From positions 1 to 64,000 of the forward strand of contig JBLDXI010000046.1 of the NCBI GenBank assembly GCA_047495785.1: a DNA stretch of 64,000 nucleotides, written 5' to 3'. The notes under the pieces were generated by a model. The model had not been told where the DNA came from and ran no database searches. It saw only the letters and a program-made list of their open reading frames with translations. This DNA is from Lepidodermella squamata (taxonomy: Eukaryota > Animalia > Gastrotricha). Positions 38,478 through 49,838 of this stretch are shown here, piece by piece (the first letter of the stretch is position 1; the number at the start of each line of letters is the position of its first letter). The position numbers and the translations under genes are program-made.

Positions 38478-38967
38478 CTGGACGTCAAAATTACAAAGTA
38501 ACTGGGATGCTAACCTACAAAAAAAAATTCAAAAACGGTAGCAAGATGTTCCACAGGGATGCATAGAAAGACGCTCCAGAAAGTTATCCAGGAAAGATCT
38601 GTCGTCGGCAGGCGACCGGCAACCGGCTACCGGCAACGTGCGTAACTCGGCGGAGGGAAATTCAAAATTTAATATACAAAATTATTAAAATTAAATTTAA
38701 AATTAAATTAATTATTTTATTGATATTCAATATTTATTCCGGTGAGTAACAAAAGCCGCTATGTAATTTGAAATCAGTTTTTTGGCGCCGTTTTTTGACA
38801 ACGTCAAATTTTGGCATTTTTCGCTCGAGTAGTTTTTTATTCTCTATCTAATGACACTAAGCACTTGGCTACCGGGTGAGTGGAAGTATACTATTTAAGC
38901 ATGCCGCCAAATACAAAGGAAAATTCAAATTCAGCCGTTGAGGACCTTCGTCGTTTAGTAGTTTAGA

Positions 38968-40439
38968 TAACGGAGAAATTGTCTGAAGCGTTTGTGTGCA
39001 GTACGCATTCTGGTAGGCGTTTTAACCGCTCGGTATCGGATGCGCCGCAATAACGATGCTATTACCGGCAAATAAAAAGTAGCTATACCAGTACCAAGTA
39101 TTTTATTACAAACAGCATGAAAGTACTGCCTAACGAGGTCTCTTACGTCGCAACACGAACGAGATGTAGAGGGTCTGTTGAAGATCATCTACACAAATCT
39201 TTTCAAAGATCTGACTGGCAGTCTATGAGCTATTAAAGGTAATGCGATGACGTCAATTTTCGACAAATATAACATATTTTCTGAGTAGAGCTTTGCCTAA
39301 TCGATTTGTTTGTTATTTGGTCTAATAGCTGCTGTAAATTGAATCCAAGTCAGCGTCATCTACTCTTCAAGTTGAATATAATTCAGAGCCTATGTCTGGA
39401 GCCTATATCTCTATTCTTTTATGGCAGCAATCTGATCAAGAGTGGCTCGAGGTTCAGCTTCTTATTCGAACTGGCGTGATGAAACAATCATTGCACCGAT
39501 AATGCTTCCTTTTTTCCACCCAATAGTAGGCGAATACCTTAGAAGACAGAGGTTTGTTGTTCCTGGTCGTAGTATAAAACCGGTTAGGAATCAAAAGAGC
39601 ATTCGGCATTTCCGGCCGCGGCAGCTGGCCGAGATGGCGGGGCTCAGGCATTGCCATAATAGGTTGAAATAAATTATTCGGCGCAACAACTGGGGCGACA
39701 AAAGGTGGAACTGTTCGCTGCAACCCTGGATGATTCTGGTAGAATTGCTGTCGAAACTGCTGCCATTGATACCACTGATGTTGTTGTTGCTGCTGTTGCC
39801 ACTGCTGCCAATTGTAAAACTGCGCTTCATTAGCAATGGGTAATGGAGTGGCTGTAGGAAGCACAGGTCGATCAGCGGTAGCATTACCAAGTAACTGAGG
39901 CGTAGTAGACCTAGGCGTCGAAGTTTCACGGGGACCTAATCCACCGATGGTCGTATTCGCGAAGGTAACACTAGACATTGAAGTTGACGCTGAATTAGAA
40001 AGATCAACGGCAACTGGCGCTGCATTCTTAGCAGAATGAGTCTTGCTCGTGTGAATATTTAAGCCTCGGTCATTTTGTACGATTTATTGCATATAGTAGC
40101 AACTTTCATTCTTTACTACTTATGATAAATCACTACTGCTACTAATGGATGAAACCCACTACTACTACCACCTACTACTACGAATGACGAACGCGAGAGA
40201 TCTCTCGCAATCTAGACACGAGCCATTATATATGAAAAGATCACCACTTTCGAATTCCGAACACACCTTGTTCTGAAAAGATCACCTTTAGCGACCAACA
40301 ATTCAAGTTGAATTTTTGTCACAAAAAGTTCACCACTTTTGATATGAAACTGTATGTGTATGAATTTACTCCATATGAAAACCGTATGTTATGAAATGAT
40401 CACCGTACGAAAAGCCAGTTACGAAATTACTATGAATCC
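38968..40439 (-). mobile_element. Decayed Mutator (MULE)-like element, 5' part; host of the Helitron insertion
   Basis: Terminal repeats (ATGAAAAGATCACC, TACGAAATTACTATGAATCC); frameshifted N-terminal C2H2-like ...RGLNIHTSKTH; Q-rich ORF; LPVIASLLRRIRYR...QFLRY cut at the Helitron junction. Confidence 0.4.
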
Positions 40440-41310
40440 TTAGAGCACATGCGGTCATTTTCAACTACTACATAGCTAAATAAAAGAATACTCTTGTATG
40501 TAGGTAATATTTAAGTTTGAAATTCTGGGTTTCACCCGGCGCTCCTTCTCCGACCGCAGGGAGGATAAGGATTCCAATTTTCTTAGTCACCTATTTTTGA
40601 GCACTCTAAACCCCATTCTGCCCTATTTTACTCAGGATAAATAACCCCCGATTATTCTAAATAGTTTTCTGGTATTTAGCGATTCGAAATTGTTTTATTT
40701 TTTATTCTAAATAACCGGCCGTGCTAAATGCCAAGTGCTAAATAGCGAACCCTTTTTTACAGTGATAGCTTCGAAATCACTAAAAATTCGAAAATTATTA
40801 AATTCCAGGATGAGTAATTTTAGGACTGATGGAACCTCAGTTTTAGACCCGAACTATAGATTCCATATTAATTCCAGGTTTTCGTCTCGACTATAATTCA
40901 TTTTTGGGCTGTATCACAAATTTTATAATCATTTTTTAAAAGACAAAGACTCGAAATGAAAAATAAATGTTCGCATATCGATGAAAATATTTATTCAATT
41001 TTTCTCACGAAATCACTCCAAGCATGCGGAAAAAAGAAGCTGATATAACACGTCCACAATAATGTTAACAAGACAGCAGCAGCTGCAGCCTCGGAATTTC
41101 GAAAATCACAAAAATAACGAAAAAATAATAATATCAAATTATCAGCCTTTTCAAAATTTGAATTCAATAATATATCAAATTCCAAAAAAATTCATTTCAT
41201 TTTCAAGTTTTAAGAAAGGCTGTCGAGCTTGAGTTTTTTCAGTTCATGCCTCGGCGTTGTACTGGGTGGGGCAGCTTGTACGACGTTGCGCTACATATTG
41301 GTTTTTTTGT

Positions 41311-43544
41311 TCAATTTTCGCAGCTTGTTGGCTTTATCTGGCCGGTTGTCACCTCGCCGTGTCGCGTCAGTTTGTGACTCCGCAAACAATGCGCCTGCCG
41401 AAACCTCCGACCGCACACGTTGCACGAGTACGGAAAAATGCCTGCGGAAAAATCGACGATTTTTAAAAAAAATGCATGCCGGGAAAAAAATTCGGAAAAA
41501 TCTCACCCGCGTGGATGTACATGTGCATCGTCAAGCTTGAAAAAAAAAAAAATAATTAAATAAAATAAAAAAAATAGCTAAAAAATTTGACAAAATTTCA
41601 AGAATTTCATAACTTCAAATTTTTCATTATTGTTAATTTTTTAATTTTAATTAAATAACTTCCGAATCCCTGGATAGCTTTGTATAGATTTCCATCAAGT
41701 TTAAATTAGGACTAGTGAGTCCCCCTAGTTATAGTAATTATCATCAGCATGTTTATAACCATAGTTGGCTCGTTTCCGGCTCGAATGTTGTGACCTACCT
41801 CCACTTAATATTATGTAAATTATGACATTAATATATGAGCAGTTCCTTCGCGTTAATAAACAAATTTTGGTGCGAAAACATGATCTAAGTGCTTGACCTA
41901 TATTTTTATTCTTTTCAACAATTGCTAATAATAATTTCTAAATGGCAAGATTGATTGAAAAACTTGAAAAGTATTGAAGCTTAAAAATTATTATCAAGAA
42001 CACGAGCCGTATTTATCAAGGAGTCTTTATAGCGGGATAAATCTTAACATAGGGACCAATGAATCCACAATTTCCTGATTGGTTGGTTCAAATTCAAAAT
42101 TGTTCCTTTCTCACATATTCTAGAACTCAACTGAGGTTATAATTTGGCCTTGTGAATCTACTGTTGCAAAATGATATTTCTGGTTGATTTTATCGCAAGA
42201 TTCGAACCATCTCAAAGCTCACTGACCTTTCTAAAAGGTTCCACTTACACTTGCCAAGTTTCCTATGTCCCTCGATTTGTTCAACATGTAATTATAAAAC
42301 TGATTCGATAGATTCCCTATTTTAATTTGCAAGCTTATACTTGGATTTGAGCTTCAGACTGGTCAGATTAAACTTCGAATTCGCAAACATTGTGTGACCA
42401 CTTTTTACTATGTGAATGACTTCTCCATACAAAAGCTTCGGAGAAAGAAATTAGAACGCGGAATGGCCACACAATGAACCGAAGAAAAATGAAGCTTCAA
42501 ATTTCGTCCCAATAAAATTGGAATGCATCATAGTTCGGCTTTTTTAGTTTTAATTACTTTGTTAGATTCCAAGCTTCGATTTTTATGAATTTAGAAAATT
42601 AGAGGTTCCAAGGTTCAAGAAACCTAAAAGGTTCCAAGCTTAAAATAGAACGAGATGGAAACGACCAAAAATGAATTCTGGGTTTCGACAAATAGCCAAA
42701 ATAGCTGGAATATACCGACCCTAACTTCAATTCAATATATGAAGATCTAGGCATACTAGCCATGGCTTTAAAATGTCTAATGAGCTTCAGGTTTCAAATT
42801 TGCTCAAATTCGAATGGAAAATTGAATTAAAAATCAAATTATGTCACTGAAATAAGGTTAAATTGTTTTCAACTAGCTAATTTTCGAAACTTTTTTATTT
42901 CTAAAATTGCGATAATATAATGTATTAAAAAGGGGAAAATTCGGAATTTTAATGAGTTTTATTTTTGAATTTTTTCTAATTTATATATTTTTTTAAAGTG
43001 CTTACTTGAATTTTCTGGCGAATTTTCGGCCACAGGTTTCACAAACGTGCGGCTGGTTGGTCGGGTCGTGCGTCATCATGTGATCCTTGAGGTGAATTTT
43101 CTGCTTGAAACCAGCACCGCATGTTCCGCACCGATGCGGTCGAATGGCCGCGTCGTCGAACTGCCGCCGCCTGCTGTTATTACCTTGCGATGTCCCAGAA
43201 TTAGCCGCAGCCGGCTCTGATGGCACTGAATTATCGCTGTTATTCGAAACGCTCAACTCCTCGCTCGACAGACACATCGGCATTTCTATCGACTCGCAAT
43301 CGGGCGATGAAGTTACCGATTCGGCCGGTTGGTTATGCAATTTTTGCATAATTTTCAGAAATTCGCCGAAAATATCAGCCGGGCCCAGGCCGTGTTGCTG
43401 AAGGCTGATGAAGACGTGTTGGAAAAGTAGTGGCAGTGGCAAATTTTCCGGAATCGTCACGCTTGAATGAACCTCGGCGGCATGGCTCCGCAATTCGGTA
43501 AAATTGTCAAAAAACAGCCCACAATCTCGGCAGATGACTTCCAT
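41311..43544 (-). CDS. C2H2 zinc-finger protein, paralog of 20356-21183; exons ~43007-43544, ~41507-41535, 41311-41441
   Basis: MEVICRDCGLFFD ~ GEVICNECGLFFD; CGTCG..HMMTH; CETCG|..HMYIH; YSCNVCGRRFRQAHCLRSHKLTRH. Confidence 0.85.
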
Positions 43545-44439
43545 TTTTTTATATTTAATAAGTTGCTATAATATATTAGGAATAAATTTTCGAAAATATT
43601 GTTATTTACCGCGCTGGGTTAATTTTCGGGTTTAAAAGCGAGTTTTAACCTCGAACCAGGTACGACGCTTTTCTTTCTTTTATTATTGCTATAAACAATG
43701 CGCTTTAGTGCGTTCACTTTTAACGCTGGCTGATGTTGAGAAAAAAAACAAACATGCATTACGTTGGACGGTGATTTAAATTTATTATTGTTTTTGCATG
43801 ATGCTGCAGCGAAAGCGCTTTTACATCACCGCTTTTAAAAATAATAATAATAATAGAAAAATTGTAAAGCGAAATTTTTTTCTATTCTTATAATAAATGA
43901 GCGGTGTTGCAGGTAACGTAACGGCGCTGGTGACGTTGCGCAGCCTTGTGTATATGACGTTATTTTATTTAAGGCTTAAAACCTGGCCAAAACTGGGTAA
44001 CAGTGCAGAAAGAAATGGAAATTTGACCTCGAAAATGTTTATTAAACTTCCCGTTTGAAATTGATGAAACTTAATTGTGAAGGTCAATATACGCAATATT
44101 AAATCAAGTTAAGTTATTGGAAAATAAAAATGAAAAAATTCATTTTTGAAAAAATTGCAAAAAATGAAAATAAAAAACCCGAAAAAAATCACGCGTTGAA
44201 TTAAGGAGGAATTTTTTTAATTGTCTTGTTAGTTTCGGCACTTCGGCGCAATATCAAGAAAAAGCTCGAACCAATATTACATTTTTAAAGAAAATCATCC
44301 CTAATAAAAAATTTGAGTTTTAATGATTTTCCGATCATTTATAGCACAATTAATACTGTGTCCTAATTTTAGCGAAATATTTATATTAGGATTAGGGACA
44401 TTTCGGCCTGCCTCAGAATTTATTTGATTTATTTCAATC

Positions 44440-44874
44440 CGTGTTCAGACTTTTTAGCAGTGACAGTTCAGCAAATGAGGGTCAAATCAGTCAGTAAAAA
44501 ATTCATTAAAATAAACTCTTATTGTTTAGTTAAATAATAAGTGACCAGTGACATTTCAGCAGTGACAAATGAGCAAGTGACACTTCATCAATTTTTATTT
44601 GTTAACCTCAGGCATTGAACTTCAATTGTTGAGCTTAACATTAATGCAGCGCATAGTCCCCTGAATACAGCTGGGATTCTGCTGATAAAATGCCTCTGCT
44701 GAAATGTCATTGCGCAAATGTCACTGAGATGAAAATAATAAATTCGACAACAAGTTAAGGATAAATTAAGAAAAATCACTGCTAACATGGCATTGATGAT
44801 TTTTCACTGCGCAAATGTCGCAGATGATTTGACCCTCATTTGCTGAAATGTCACTGCTGAAAAGTCGTACAACC
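44440..44874. mobile_element. MULE-type MITE with 9-bp TSD ATTTCAATC
   Basis: TIR GACTTTTTAGCAGTGACAGTTCAGCAAATGAGGGTCAAATCA mirrored at the right end; ATTTCAATC at 44431-44439 and 44875-44883. Confidence 0.85.
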
Positions 44875-46210
44875 ATTTCAATCAACCTTCATCTATGAAT
44901 TATCGAACCAAGTTACATATTGGTTGAACTGCTCAGGTTAAATTCAACCTTAACACTTAGCAAATGAAATCCCCGCAGTGGACTGAAAAAAAATTGAAAA
45001 TAAAACAAAATTACATGCCAGAAAAAATAGTTGGTGGAGCATCAACATAAAAAATTAATATTAGTTACACGAGAGCTTATTGAGTTGTTAATTAATAAAA
45101 AATTCCTGATTTCATATCTCAGCAACCGGAACGAAAATCGCCACAACAGCTTCAGACCGGCAGGGCTTGAAATCTATCAAAAAATTGAGCTGCGATTTAT
45201 TAATAAAAATGAACAAAAAAATATAAATAAATATAAAAATGAAAATTATCAATTTAGTCAAAATACCGGAGCCTGGAAATTCGAAACGCGTCCTTTCTGA
45301 ATTTTTGCTGCACAGTAGCAAACAGCATTGAGTTACCTGCTCATATACCTGTTATTATAATCTGATACACATATGTATGATGGTCGAACATGTCATCATA
45401 GTAATAATACTACTATTATTGACACGGGGAGGTGAATGTCGTGGAAATAAGAAAAATCAGCGGCACTGCGTTGCGCCCGCCTACCTTCGATTGCCATAAT
45501 TGACCTCGATAATTAGCTCGCTTCATGCCGTTCTATCCTATAATTGAAGCAAACGCCAAGCGTTGAATTGCCGATATTTAATTTCTTCATTGTTCTATTT
45601 TTCAATGATAAATTCCGGCAGTTTTTCTCGATTTTTTATCACGGCACGCTGGTGATAAATTTCAGGTTAAATTTAAATTTTTCGGCGTGAGAATTAAATA
45701 CGGCTGTTAAACGCGTGCAAATTATTACGTTTAAGAGTAATAAAATAAAAGCTAATATTACGTGGCTGTGATGTTTCCAAAATAAAAAAATTGCGTTAAA
45801 ATTAAAAACGTCATAAGCCTTGGAAGAGGGCTGTTATTATATTTTTTTTATTGCTTTTCGTTCTACAGCGTGTGGACAAAAAATAATAGAAAAGCGTATT
45901 TCTGGAAAATTCGCTCTTTTAGAATATGAAAAAAGGTAATAATTTATTAGGTATAATTTAACCTAATAGAAAAACTGACGAAAAATCAAGTTGGGATTTT
46001 TGGATCTCGATGAATCACGTGAAAAAATGGAATTTTTTTTTGCTCCCGATTAAACGTACAAATGTTTGATATTTTACCACTAAACCTCAGCGTTTTTAGC
46101 GCTTAATGATTCAAATTCGATGTGATGTTAAATTATAGCTTAATTTTTGCTTTGGAAACACCTGAAATTTTATCGGTAATAAAACTTGATTTGAGAATCC
46201 CAGCACTATA

Positions 46211-46833
46211 CGTAGTGCGACATTTCAGCCAACGACAACTCATCCACGACAACTGAGCCACGACATTTCAGCTAACGACAACTCGGCCAAATTTTTTTAA
46301 TATAGTTAAAACGACATCTCAGCCAACGACAACTGAGCTAAAACTCAGCCAAAATTAATTAATGTCAAAAAATGGGCAATTAATTGCGTAATATCAAATG
46401 GTTCGAGAGGGCGCCTATGGGAAAGATCGATCAGCGGACTTGACCGAAAAATATTTGCGGAGTTAGAATACTCACCGACCTCGTTGTGTCCTTGTCCTCG
46501 GCCTCAGTCTGCCTGAACCGCGCCGTCCCCAACACCTGTGACATCCAACGTTGTTGGGTCTTACAAGTGCTGCATTTGGTGGGTCTGATCCAGGCACCCT
46601 CTCGAACCCTCTCGAACCATTTAAGAGATATTACGCAATTAATTGCCAAATTTTTGGAAATTAATTAATTTTGGCTGAGTTTTGGCTGAAATGTCGTTTT
46701 CATTTATTTTAAATATAAATTTAAAATTTGGCTGAGATGTCGTTTTAAAATTATTAGCTGAGTTGTCGTTAGCTGAAATGTCGGGCTGAGTTGTCGCTTG
46801 GCTGAGCTGAGTTGGCTGAAATGTCGTAGAACC
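46211..46833. mobile_element. MULE-type MITE with CGACAACTCAGCC sub-repeats; contains an inner inverted repeat (~46376-46647)
   Basis: Inverted arrays at both ends; flanking direct repeat GCACTATA (46203-46210, 46834-46841); right terminus GTCGTAGAACC resembles GTCGTACAACC of the 44440 element. Confidence 0.8.
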
Positions 46834-47502
46834 GCACTATAGATTTCTCCAAGATATCAAATTTCGAGTTCCACGACTTCACTAGGATCCCAATTTTTCG
46901 ATATAATAATGCCTAAAACCGATATATCTCCAAATTACGCATATGTTGCGCTTTTAGTGATCGATTTATGAGTTATACTTCAATCTGTAGAGCCGATATC
47001 GATTCCAAGTATCGATTTCACAAATCAGAGATTTAAATGATGAATTTGAGCTGAAAAAAACAATTTTTTGCGAAAATTCATTATTGGAGCTTGATATTTG
47101 GTGCTAGAGCCTGAATCCTACATTTATTTTAGGACTTTTACAAGAATGTTTTTCCAATTTACAGCGCATTTTTCCGCGCGATCAAATTTGACCCTGATGA
47201 CCTGATGACCTTAGGACAAAATTGGCACTCAAATGTCATAAAACATAAAATCACTAATAAATGTCATTTAAATATTAAATTTATAAAACATTTTTTTTTA
47301 ATTTTCATCTGATTTTTTTCAATTAAAAATTCAGCAAAAAATAACTTGTTAGTTCGAAAAATGGGACAACTGCTTTTTATTGAAGAGCGACCTTTCGCCT
47401 CGGAATTTTTCAAATATTTGAATCGCGTGCTCCGAAACCCTTGAGTTGATTCTCAACTTAATTCTCGAGATTATTTCATTTCAAAACAAGCAAAAAAAAA
47501 TC

Positions 47503-48432
47503 ATGGCGCATTTTATTTATTCAATTTTCTCAGTTATTTTAATTCAATTTCAATTGACAAAATCTTCAATTTTACTGTCAAATTTTACGAAACAGCAAAT
47601 CGACCGCGGCCTGGCCGAGCAGGAACCGCATTCAGACGAGCCGAATTTACAGCATAAACACATTTATTTATTCGGGCAGATCAACGGCGTAACGACCGAT
47701 CAATGCAAACCATCCGGCCGGTTGGAAATTCGAAGCCGCCTGTCAAGCGAGCAAAATCTCAAATTGCGGGCTCAATTCGCGAATTGGCAGCGAAAACCGC
47801 GAAAAATCATCATTTGCGCCCGCCAAATTTGGCCTAATTGCGGCGGACAAATCACGCAATGCTTGACCTCATTACGGCTGGAATTTGATTGCTACCGCGA
47901 TGAGTCATCGCCATCATGTTCGATTTCGTCACGCTTGAGTGATAATCGATTGAAAAATATCGATAAAAGTAATTGCCAATCATCGCTGAATTTGGTTGAT
48001 TTCGATAATCGATACGCGTTTTTCGATTCGCCGCGATTATTCGACTACAACTTCACGGTGGTCAATGAAGCGGATAGGTGGTTCCGGTCGAGTGATTACA
48101 TGATGCTATCGAATTATCAACGATTAGAAGATTCGAACCACCGGCCGTTTTTCACGTGTTTAGGGAAAATTCACCTCGCTAGGTTGAATCATTCGATTTT
48201 GAAGCGAATTTCGAATGCGGATGAGCCGAGTTTTGGCGTCTGGCCAATTTTGCTATTCACGGCCATTGTCACGCTTGGTGCTGGTGTTTTATTGGCTGTT
48301 TCGTTTTTCTTGCTGTGCCGATGCGTCCGGAGGCAGAAGTCGGCGAGTCTCAATATTACGAGCCCTATTTCGCAGCTGTCTCTAGCCGATATCATCTCAA
48401 GCCGCGACGAACCGCACAATTTTTACGCCTAA
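47503..48432 (+). CDS. Single-exon type I membrane protein, probably a distant member of the 17318/18749 ectodomain family
   Basis: Signal peptide MAHFIYSIFSVILIQ; IYLFG..QC...LEI, IC, C..C, TCLGKIHL ~ HCYGEETF/QCYGELVL; TM followed by CRCVRR. Confidence 0.8.
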   Translation: MAHFIYSIFSVILIQFQLTKSSILLSNFTKQQIDRGLAEQEPHSDEPNLQHKHIYLFGQINGVTTDQCKPSGRLEIRSRLSSEQNLKLRAQFANWQRKPRKIIICARQIWPNCGGQITQCLTSLRLEFDCYRDESSPSCSISSRLSDNRLKNIDKSNCQSSLNLVDFDNRYAFFDSPRLFDYNFTVVNEADRWFRSSDYMMLSNYQRLEDSNHRPFFTCLGKIHLARLNHSILKRISNADEPSFGVWPILLFTAIVTLGAGVLLAVSFFLLCRCVRRQKSASLNITSPISQLSLADIISSRDEPHNFYA

Positions 48433-48939
48433 TTTTTTTTGAACTCGAAAATTATATTAACAGTGACATGAGAATCGTATTTCAAATGCTAAATAAAATT
48501 TTGATTTTTTTCTGAATTTTTCTTCTTGTTTAATTTTGTGTTTTTTCACCAAAATTAGTGAGAAAAATCGCCTGTTTCTATTGAAATTCTCGATTTTTAA
48601 TTATTGCGAGTTATTTTCAGAGTGTCTTACCTCGCTTCCTCGCTCCCTTAATTGAAGATCCTATAATAAAGTAGTACCAATAAATTAAAATTAAATAAAA
48701 TTAATGGAACTTGGGCAAACTCGTTTTGTCTGAAACTAGGTCAAATAGACTCACCTTTTCAACCAGGTACGCTGGTACAACGGGAGTAGAGTCAAATTAT
48801 CGTGAGTGAAAAGTTGGTCAAAACGTCAGACTAACCGCTCGAAAAAGAAGAAAAAACGGCATTATAGTACAGCTTGTCCCAGATAAACAGCGAAAATACG
48901 GGAGAAGGGCTCAGAAACTCTCAAATTATAGGCGTCTCA

Positions 48940-49495
48940 TGGCCAGAAAAATCTTAAATACCATAAGAATAGTAATCAAGTATGTCTCTGTGAATGGGAT
49001 TAAAAAATCCGAAGAAATTTTATCTTAATTAAAAACCGAAAATAACCGAACCAGTTACCATCAGGGATTTTAGGGTTTTCTCCCGTTAACTTTTAATTTC
49101 TTCGGTAAAATCGCGTATAAAAAATGGAAGATTCTCTTTAAGTGGGCTCAATTTCACAAAATTTGTTCAATTTTCTGTGAAAATTAGCAAAATTACAAAA
49201 TGGTCGCCAAACTCATGGGACACCCTGGATATCTCATAGAAAAATTAATTTAGAAAAATTAAAAAGCAACAAAAAATAGCAATCAAGCTTGGCAATGGGA
49301 TTGAAAAATTCCGAGGAAATTTGACGCAACTGGGTAAAATACCGAAAATTACCAAATCAGTTACCATCGGGATTTTTCGGGTTTTCTCCTGTAAAGTTGT
49401 GGATAAATGATAGAAGATTCTCCCGATCAGTCGAATTTCCTAAAAATGGTAGCGAAATTAAACAAAGTGTTGCGCAATCTATGGGACACGCTGTA
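48940..49495. repeat. Two degenerate ~300-bp tandem copies of a dispersed repeat (also ~53860-54140; fragments near 21700, 25480, 58860)
   Basis: Shared blocks AATGGGATT.AAAAA.TCCGA, ACCGAAAAT.ACC.AA.CAGTTACCATC.GGGATTTT and ATGGGACAC. Confidence 0.65.
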
Positions 49496-49838
49496 ATAAT
49501 AATATATTATCTGAAGTTCAAAAACCGGGCAAAGCCGAAGAGTTCTTTAGTAGAAAAATCCTAATTTTATTTAATAATTTTTCTATTATTTTCAAGATGT
49601 TCCAAGCCAGATTCCTAGCTCTAGCTCAACTATTTCGCTGGCCGTGGGGATCTTTCCAATAGATGATCCTAATTACTAACAAGACCAGCTTAGCTTTTAG
49701 ATTGCCCGCGGCCTATCGAAACTTGGCAACATTTGGTCTTCCAACACGAACCTAAGGCAAACAATCTATGGGAATGCCTGAAACCCAGAAATCAAGAAAT
49801 TATTGATATACTTTGAGAAATACAAGTTTTTATTTGAA

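Larger units (their letters stand above)
32551..38967 (-). mobile_element. Full-length Helitron
   Basis: 5' end A|TCTAAACTACTAAA at 38967; 3' hairpin GGCGCCCGC-TCA-GCGGGCGCC (32565-32585) followed by CTAG|T at 32551; encodes Rep-Hel. Confidence 0.88.
25905..40593. mobile_element. DINE-1/Helentron-like (HINE) non-autonomous element termini enclosing a ~14.7 kb nested TE island
   Basis: Left end: TTTTAGGT, palindromic GCCGGGTGAAACCCGG (25931-25946) and GTCY microsatellite (25969-26009). Right end: CTGGGTTTCACCCGGC (40525-40540, 15/16 inverted match), stem-loop TCCTTCTCC..GGAGGATAAGGA, then ACCTA and TTTT. Confidence 0.6.

Noticed and set aside
41700-42500. Possible decayed coding element in the zinc-finger intron
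   Set aside because: Composition looks coding-like, but no motif was recognisable and the ORF track shows no long ORF here
45112-45590. Possible small spliced gene on the minus strand
   Set aside because: Exon-like GC patches with splice-like borders, but I could not assemble a coherent ORF or recognise a domain
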